Of a DNA stretch of 64,000 nucleotides, positions 58,211 to 64,000 are shown in pieces; position 1 is the stretch's first letter, and each line of letters opens with the position of its first letter. A program made the position numbers and the translations under genes. Below the pieces are notes generated by a model. That model was not told where the DNA came from. It made no database searches and saw nothing but the letters and a program-made list of their open reading frames with translations. Origin of the DNA: Oscillospiraceae bacterium (lineage in GTDB: Bacteria; Bacillota; Clostridia; Oscillospirales; Oscillospiraceae); NCBI GenBank assembly GCA_021203345.1, contig JAJQBJ010000068.1:9336-73335 (forward strand). The letters are read 5' to 3'.

Positions 58211-59793
58211 TGAACGGACTGCTGAAATTTATCACCTGCGGCAGCGTGGACGATGGAAAGTCTACGCTGATCGGTCATATTCTGTATGATGCAAAGCTGC
58301 TGTACGCAGACCAGGAAAAGGCCCTGCTGCTGGACAGCAAGGTTGGCTCCCGCGGCGGGAAGCTGGACTATTCCCTGTTGCTGGACGGATTGATGGCCGA
58401 GCGGGAGCAGGGTATCACGATTGACGTGGCCTATCGGTATTTTACCACAGACCAGCGGAGCTTTATTGTGGCGGATACCCCTGGCCACGAGGAATACACC
58501 CGCAATATGGCGGTGGGGGCCTCCTTTGCGGAGCTGGCGGTGATTTTGATTGACGCCACCCAGGGTGTTCTGGTGCAGACCCGCCGCCACGCCCGCATTT
58601 GCGCCCTGATGGGCATTCGGTATTTTGTCTTTGCGGTCAACAAGATGGACTTGGTTGATTACAGTCAGGAGCGGTTTGAACAGATTTTGGCACAGATTCA
58701 GGAGCTACAGGAAACGCTGGGGCTGCGGAACGTGGTGACGATTCCTCTGTCCGCCACGGAGGGCGATAATGTGACCCGGCGTTCTGAGCATCTGGACTGG
58801 TACGACGGCCCGGTGTTGCTGGATTATCTGGAGCAGGTGGACGTGGAAACGGAGCCGGAGGAGGGTTTCTATCTGCCCATCCAGCGGGTATCCCGGCCTG
58901 ACCGCACCTTCCGGGGCTTTCAGGGACAAATCGAGGCCGGGGAAATCTCGGTGGGAGATCAGCTTCTGGCTCTGCCCAGCGGGGAACAGGCCCATGTGAA
59001 ATCCATCTATGTGGCGGGTGTTCCCGCCGAAAGCGCCTGCAAGGGCCAGCCCGTTTCCATCCAGCTGGATCGGGAGGTAGACGTGTCCCGGGGCTGTGTG
59101 CTGGTGAAGGATACCAGACCGGCGCTTTCCGACCGGTTTGAAACCACGCTGCTCTGGATGGACGACGAGGAGCTGACAGAGGGCAAAAGCGTTTTTGTGC
59201 GGCTGGGCACCAATCTGCTCCCCGGGCAGGTATCGAAAATCCTCTATTCCATCCAGGTGAATACAGGGGAGACGCGGCCTGCTGACCACCTGAAAAAGAA
59301 CGAGATTGCCCGGTGCCAGATCGTTCTCGCGGAACCCTGTGTGATAGATACCTTCGCGCGTCACAGGGCGCTGGGTGAGCTGCTTTTGATTGACCGAATC
59401 ACCAACGCCACCAGCGCCTGCGGCGTTGTGGAGGAGGTGCAGGAACACGCAGAGGACGTGCTGGCAGAGGTCACGCCCCAGGTACGCGCCGACCAGAAGG
59501 GGCAGCAGCCCTATGTGGTTCTCACAGAGTCCCTGTCCAAGGCCAGGGAGATGGAGCGCCATTTGATGCTTTGCGGAAACCACACCATGACGCTGGAACG
59601 GGCAGAGAACCTGCTGTTTTCCGTGGAGCTGCTTCGGCAGGCGGGGCTGATTGTCCTTGTGCCGAAGGAACTGCTGGATGAGGAAACCTACGCCGCTTTG
59701 AAAGCCCGGATTCCGGCGGAACAGCTGTTGGAGGGGCAAGACCCCGCCGAGCTGAGCCTCCGCCGGGCGGTTCTACAGACGCATTTGAAGTAA
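58210..59793 (+). CDS. cysN: sulfate adenylyltransferase subunit 1 (GTPase) with degenerate APS-kinase-like C-terminal extension
   Basis: G1 GSVDDGKST, DTPGHE and NKMD motifs. 527 aa. The last ~100 aa align in pattern to APS kinase but lack the P-loop. Confidence 0.88.
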   Translation: MNGLLKFITCGSVDDGKSTLIGHILYDAKLLYADQEKALLLDSKVGSRGGKLDYSLLLDGLMAEREQGITIDVAYRYFTTDQRSFIVADTPGHEEYTRNMAVGASFAELAVILIDATQGVLVQTRRHARICALMGIRYFVFAVNKMDLVDYSQERFEQILAQIQELQETLGLRNVVTIPLSATEGDNVTRRSEHLDWYDGPVLLDYLEQVDVETEPEEGFYLPIQRVSRPDRTFRGFQGQIEAGEISVGDQLLALPSGEQAHVKSIYVAGVPAESACKGQPVSIQLDREVDVSRGCVLVKDTRPALSDRFETTLLWMDDEELTEGKSVFVRLGTNLLPGQVSKILYSIQVNTGETRPADHLKKNEIARCQIVLAEPCVIDTFARHRALGELLLIDRITNATSACGVVEEVQEHAEDVLAEVTPQVRADQKGQQPYVVLTESLSKAREMERHLMLCGNHTMTLERAENLLFSVELLRQAGLIVLVPKELLDEETYAALKARIPAEQLLEGQDPAELSLRRAVLQTHLK

Positions 59794-59803
59794 ACAATGA
59801 CGA

Positions 59804-59865
59804 AAAAAGGCTTTGCAGCAAGAAGCACCGGAACCTCCGGTACATCTGCCGCAGAGCCTTTTTTG
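59804..59865. terminator. bidirectional terminator between cysN and the DUF45 peptidase gene
   Basis: AAAAAAGGCTTTGCAG...CTGCCGCAGAGCCTTTTTT, an imperfect long stem with A- and T-tracts on either side. Confidence 0.45.
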
Positions 59866-59873
59866 ATAAGCGA

Positions 59874-60449
59874 TCAGGTGGAGCCTCCCAGCTCCATGCG
59901 ATAAATCAGTGCGCCGCCATGCTCGTTTAACCAGCGTTTTGGCGTTTCGTAATCGGGCAGGATTTGAGCGACCTCTGCCCAGAATTGAGGGGAGTGGTTC
60001 ATTTCCTTCCGGTGGCACAGCTCATGCACCACCACATAATCCTGCACCTCCGGCGGGGTGAGCATCAGCAGACAGTTGAAGTTCAGGTTTCCCATGGAGG
60101 AGCAGCTGCCCCAGCGGGAGGTTTGGTTCCGAATGGTGATACGCCCGTAGGTGACGCCGATTTTTGGCGCGTAGTAGGCTACCCGCGCGGGCAGAATTTT
60201 CAGTGCCTGCCGAGCCAGCGCACGAAGGTCATCCATGCTGAGCGGCCCCTCGGCCTCGGAATCCCGGCGGCGGGCCCGACCTATCGCCTGATGCCGCTCA
60301 ATCCAGTCCTTCTTTTCCAGAATAAATCGGTTGATCGTCTCCTCGGATACATGGTAGGGCGCGCGAACCAAAAGGGTGCCGTCCTTGGTAATTTCCAACG
60401 CCAGCGTTTTCCGGTTGCTGCGAATCATGCGGTATTCGTACTTGTTCAT
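59874..60449 (-). CDS. YgjP-like (DUF45, M48-related) zinc metallopeptidase
   Basis: 191 aa with ...RWGSCS... and HELCH...H motifs. Confidence 0.8.
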   Translation of the reverse strand: MNKYEYRMIRSNRKTLALEITKDGTLLVRAPYHVSEETINRFILEKKDWIERHQAIGRARRRDSEAEGPLSMDDLRALARQALKILPARVAYYAPKIGVTYGRITIRNQTSRWGSCSSMGNLNFNCLLMLTPPEVQDYVVVHELCHRKEMNHSPQFWAEVAQILPDYETPKRWLNEHGGALIYRMELGGST

Positions 60450-60579
60450 GCTGCCTCCTTTCTTGGGTGCTGATAGAGTAGCATAGAATGACCGGTGGTG
60501 TCAAGCTGGCGTGTCAATTTGGAATACAGAAACAGCAAAAGCAGGAAATCCACGCAAGATTCCCTGCTTTTACTATTTT

Positions 60580-61254
60580 TTATTTCCCAATATGAATTGT
60601 ATGCAACGCCCTCTGTGCGACCACAACCATATAGACCGCCATTACGGATATCACCAGGCAGACGCCGGTTCCGGTCAGCACGGTCATGGTCTGAAAAAAA
60701 GACCAATCCTCTCCAAAATGCAGAATCATGGCGATTTCCAGTGACAGCATGGAAACCATGGCGGAAACAAAGCTGATGACCTTGGAGCCGGCCAAAATTG
60801 GCTCATGGAAATTCCGGTATTTGACGAGGCTCCTGATGGCAATCACGATTTTGCAAGTGGTGTATGCGGCCATTGCGTAGATTAAATATCCGGCATAATG
60901 GGAGCCCTGGTGATTTCGCACGGCTAACACAACAATACCGGTCAGGATGAGATTCAGGAATAGCAGCAGGATACCGCAGGCGCGGTATCTTTTCCATTCC
61001 GCCTGCCGGGCCGCTTTTCTTCCGCGGGCTTCGCGCAGCAGAAGCAGGCGAGCCAGTGTCAGCAAAATATAATAGCATCCCAGCGTAACGAACCAGTACG
61101 ACTGATAGTAAATGCCGCAGATCATTTCCCAGACTGCGTACAGCACGTTGAAGGTCAATGAGCTGACTAGGGAAACGAAAACCTTCAGCAAATCGTCTGA
61201 CAGGTATCTGTGGATGACCGGATGGCTGTGGAGAATTTTTTGCACCCGTTTCAT
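60580..61254 (-). CDS. hypothetical polytopic membrane protein
   Basis: 224 aa with about 6 TM helices. Lies immediately downstream of tetR. Confidence 0.5.
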   Translation of the reverse strand: MKRVQKILHSHPVIHRYLSDDLLKVFVSLVSSLTFNVLYAVWEMICGIYYQSYWFVTLGCYYILLTLARLLLLREARGRKAARQAEWKRYRACGILLLFLNLILTGIVVLAVRNHQGSHYAGYLIYAMAAYTTCKIVIAIRSLVKYRNFHEPILAGSKVISFVSAMVSMLSLEIAMILHFGEDWSFFQTMTVLTGTGVCLVISVMAVYMVVVAQRALHTIHIGK

Positions 61255-61257
61255 TGC

Positions 61258-61845
61258 TCACCGCCTGACGACAACCATCATAATTCTGGCAATATCGTCA
61301 ATGGAATCCTTGCAGTCCGATTGTAGCCAGCGCTTGACAATTCCCATCATGCCATCTATGTAGAAGGAGAGGACATACTCCCGTTCTCCCGCAGGAATTT
61401 CATATCGCTTCAATATTGGGTCAAGTATATCACGGTATAAGGTGGCGTATGCTCTGTCCGCCTGCATAACCTCGGGCTTGGCAAGGACAACCTTGAAAAC
61501 AGTTCTGTTATCTGATATATAGGTCAGGTATGGAATTAACTGTTCCGGCGTAATCAGAAACAGCTGTTCCAGAGACGCTGTCCTGATGCGCTGCTGAAAC
61601 TCCAAGGATGTTTCCTTGAAGTAGGTCAGGAATTGTTGATTCATTTGCTCTACGCACTCAGACAGCAAATCTCCGATGGTTTCATAGTGCAGATAGAAGG
61701 TGGAGCGGTTGACGCCGGCCTTCTCACAGATCTCCTTGACCGTAATGTACTCGAAATCCTTCTTTTCTATCAGGGCAAGAAAGGCCTCGTCCATTTTCCG
61801 GGCGGTATTGAAATATTTGCTCTCTGCTTTTGTCATATGCTCCAC
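61258..61845 (-). CDS. TetR/AcrR-family transcriptional regulator
   Basis: N-terminal HTH region ...ITVKEICEKAGVNRSTFYLHY... Confidence 0.85.
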   Translation of the reverse strand: MEHMTKAESKYFNTARKMDEAFLALIEKKDFEYITVKEICEKAGVNRSTFYLHYETIGDLLSECVEQMNQQFLTYFKETSLEFQQRIRTASLEQLFLITPEQLIPYLTYISDNRTVFKVVLAKPEVMQADRAYATLYRDILDPILKRYEIPAGEREYVLSFYIDGMMGIVKRWLQSDCKDSIDDIARIMMVVVRR

Positions 61846-61866
61846 CTCCTGATATACACCGTTTTC

Positions 61867-62220
61867 TCAGCTGCCGCTGATCTCCTTTGCAAGCTCCATA
61901 ATTTCAAAGGCATACTTTTTCTTGCCCTTTTCCAGCAACCGCTTGTAGATGGGATAATTGACCGATACGGCAAGGAACCCAACCACGCCGATGACAATGC
62001 CTGCTGCCATCGTTCCCGTACCCGGAGAACCGATCACCTGCATGGACAGGCACATCCCAACGCCTGCCACCAAAGTCCCGATGATGCCAAAGGTGTACGC
62101 GAAGACGGTGGACGGCAGCTTTGCTTTTCTGTCCAGCTTTTTCAGCGCGACGACCTTAGACGTGTCCTTGGGGGCGTACTCGTTGGCGAGGGCCTCTGCA
62201 AAAATCTTGTCCGTGTTCAT
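61867..62220 (-). CDS. small two-TM membrane protein
   Basis: Starts MNTDKIFAEALANEY. 117 aa. First gene of the tetR operon. Confidence 0.45.
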   Translation of the reverse strand: MNTDKIFAEALANEYAPKDTSKVVALKKLDRKAKLPSTVFAYTFGIIGTLVAGVGMCLSMQVIGSPGTGTMAAGIVIGVVGFLAVSVNYPIYKRLLEKGKKKYAFEIMELAKEISGS

Positions 62221-62489
62221 TCTGATGAACCTCCTTCGTTTTGATGCTTTTATGATAGGAGATTCGGACGGTGAACGGAACAACAAAAATTGCAAATCGT
62301 GTTGTTTTCAACACATGGTTTTGATACGTCTCATCATAGCACAAGTTTCGGTGCCAATCCAGAGGCGCATTTTCCTGTTTCCGAATCTGGTTCGCCTTTT
62401 TTTGCAACAGAGCTTGTTCTCCGGGGCAGGTTGTGCTAAAATAAACGTCAAGTGAAAGAGAAGCTAAGCCTGAAAAGGAGGACGTTGCA

Positions 62490-63557
62490 GTGGAGTTTCG
62501 GCATTTGATTGACTTTGACGACCTTAGCCGCGAGGAATGGGAGGAGTTATATCAGCACGCCAGCGATATCATCGACCACCCGGAGAATTATGTGGAGGCT
62601 TGCAAGGGCAAACTGGCGGCCTCGCTGTTTTACGAATCTTCTACCCGAACCAACTTTTCCTTCCAGGCGGCAATGCTCCGGCTGGGGGGAAGCGTATTCG
62701 GCTTTGCAGACCCCAATTCCTCCTCCACGGCCAAGGGAGAAACCCTGAAGGACACCATCAAAATGGTGTCAAGCTATGCGGATGTCATCGTCATGCGGAA
62801 CCCCCGGGAGGGGGCGGCCAAGGCCGCTTCGCTGTACTCCCATGTGCCGGTGGTGAACGCAGGCGACGGGGGACACATGCACCCCACCCAGACCCTTGCG
62901 GATCTGACCACCATCACCCGGCTCCACGGTACGGTGGATGGTTTGACCATCGGCTTGTGCGGCGATTTGAAATATGGCAGAACCGTTCACTCGCTGATTA
63001 AGGCGCTGGCAAAGTTCAACGATATTCGCTTCTTCCTGATTGCGCCGCGGGAGCTGGCGATTCCGGAGTATATGCGTTCCTTTATGAAGGCGCACAATAT
63101 GCGCTTTGTGGAGGTGACGGGCCTGGAGCCGGCCATCCCCCAGCTTGATGTGCTGTACATGACCCGGATTCAGCGGGAGCGGTTCATTGACCCGCTGGCC
63201 TACGAGCGGGTCAAGGGTATCTATATTTTAAAGCGTCGGATGCTCTCCCGGGCGAAGGACAGCCTGCTGGTGCTGCACCCCCTTCCCCGGGTGGACGAGA
63301 TCGCCCAGGATGTGGACGACGACCCCCGCGCCGTGTACTTCGACCAGGCACGGTACGGGATGTTTGCCCGGATGGCGCTGCTGGACTATCTGGCACACCT
63401 GCCCCGACTGGAGCGGACGGAGCCGGTGGAGATCGGATCTGCGCCTGTCTGCACAAACCCCAAGTGCATCTGCCAGACGGAGCATTATCTCCCGCCGCTG
63501 GTGAAAACAATCGGCGGTGTGGACTACTGTGCGTTTTGCGACAGTATTCTGCGCTGA
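62490..63557 (+). CDS. pyrB: aspartate carbamoyltransferase catalytic chain fused to a PyrI-type zinc domain
   Basis: STRTNFSF, HPTQ and HPLPR motifs. The extra ~45 C-terminal aa carry CTNPKC...CAFC. GTG start. Confidence 0.88.
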   Translation: MEFRHLIDFDDLSREEWEELYQHASDIIDHPENYVEACKGKLAASLFYESSTRTNFSFQAAMLRLGGSVFGFADPNSSSTAKGETLKDTIKMVSSYADVIVMRNPREGAAKAASLYSHVPVVNAGDGGHMHPTQTLADLTTITRLHGTVDGLTIGLCGDLKYGRTVHSLIKALAKFNDIRFFLIAPRELAIPEYMRSFMKAHNMRFVEVTGLEPAIPQLDVLYMTRIQRERFIDPLAYERVKGIYILKRRMLSRAKDSLLVLHPLPRVDEIAQDVDDDPRAVYFDQARYGMFARMALLDYLAHLPRLERTEPVEIGSAPVCTNPKCICQTEHYLPPLVKTIGGVDYCAFCDSILR

Positions 63558-63606
63558 CGCATACAGAGCGGCGAGATGCTTTTTTTGAAAAAACGAAAAA
63601 AAGCAG

Positions 63607-63635
63607 TTGACAAACACACAAAATTGAGGTATGAT
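63607..63635 (+). promoter_or_regulatory. promoter of the tRNA cluster
   Basis: TTGACA, a 17-nt spacer, then TATGAT, ending 21 nt upstream of tRNA-Gly. Confidence 0.6.
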
Positions 63636-63656
63636 ATCAAGGCTGGTTCGTGATAT

Positions 63657-63730
63657 GCGGGTGTAGTTCAATGGTAGAATCCCAGCCTTCCAAGCTGGTC
63701 GCGCGGGTCCGATTCCCGTCACCCGCTCCA
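63657..63730 (+). tRNA. tRNA-Gly (anticodon UCC)
   Basis: 74-nt cloverleaf with anticodon loop CTTCCAA and encoded CCA. Confidence 0.88.
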
Positions 63731-63734
63731 CTAT

Positions 63735-63811
<77 letters not shown>

Positions 63812-63843
63812 CTCTATGCAGAGACAACCGGCAGGTGCAGTAT

Positions 63844-63921
<78 letters not shown>

Positions 63922-64000
63922 CTTATTTTTTCCCAAGCCTGTAGCGGCCACAACGTCTGCAGAACACCCCTGTTCGGAAGATGGGAAGTCAAATCGGCAG

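Overview
64-kb chromosomal window from a high-GC, Clostridia-like genome. The taxon is inferred from gene content only: PFOR, AICARFT-only PurH plus PurO-type IMP cyclohydrolase, SLH-domain wall protein, Ptb. Contents in order: (1) pheA tail, aroK, aroE, tRNA-Ala, then an iteron-like GGCAACCAA repeat field. (2) A complete type I-C CRISPR-Cas locus on the minus strand: cas3, a 378-bp gap, cas5c-cas8c(+internal cas11c)-cas7-cas4-cas1-cas2, leader, and a 9-repeat/8-spacer array. cas1 carries an in-frame TGA. (3) Two membrane proteins and PFOR. (4) A purine operon, purE-F-M-N-purO-purH-purD, on the minus strand. (5) A glycosyltransferase, a hypothetical protein, a TGA-interrupted crotonase, degraded mobile-element remnants and a frameshifted SLH/L,D-transpeptidase. 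(6) ptb. (7) An operon of five unknown small ORFs followed by a pyrogallol-phloroglucinol transhydroxylase-like Mo enzyme (alpha and beta), a thiolase and a BKACE enzyme. (8) A Moco-riboswitch-like leader and a Moco biosynthesis operon (moeA, moeA-like, moaA, moaC, mog, MOSC). (9) marR, two tandem promoter/RNA modules, a MacB-like ABC transporter and a decayed ABC exporter pair. (10) cysDN, a DUF45 peptidase, tetR, small membrane proteins, a pyrB fused to a PyrI zinc domain, and tRNA-Gly/Arg/His. The strongest non-obvious signal lies in the cas3-cas5c gap. It is a promoter-equipped, terminator-ended crRNA-like gene: a degenerate repeat that keeps the full 5' handle, then a spacer. The first 17 nt of that spacer match (16/17) a TTC-PAM-flanked site lying on the TSS/-10 of a perfect consensus promoter for the Cascade/adaptation operon. 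This suggests Cascade-mediated autorepression. Second is a ~243-306-bp structured repeat present twice in inverted orientation, each copy sitting between duplicated copies of the local intrinsic-terminator hairpin. All functional calls come from reading the translations and sequence by eye; no database search was run.
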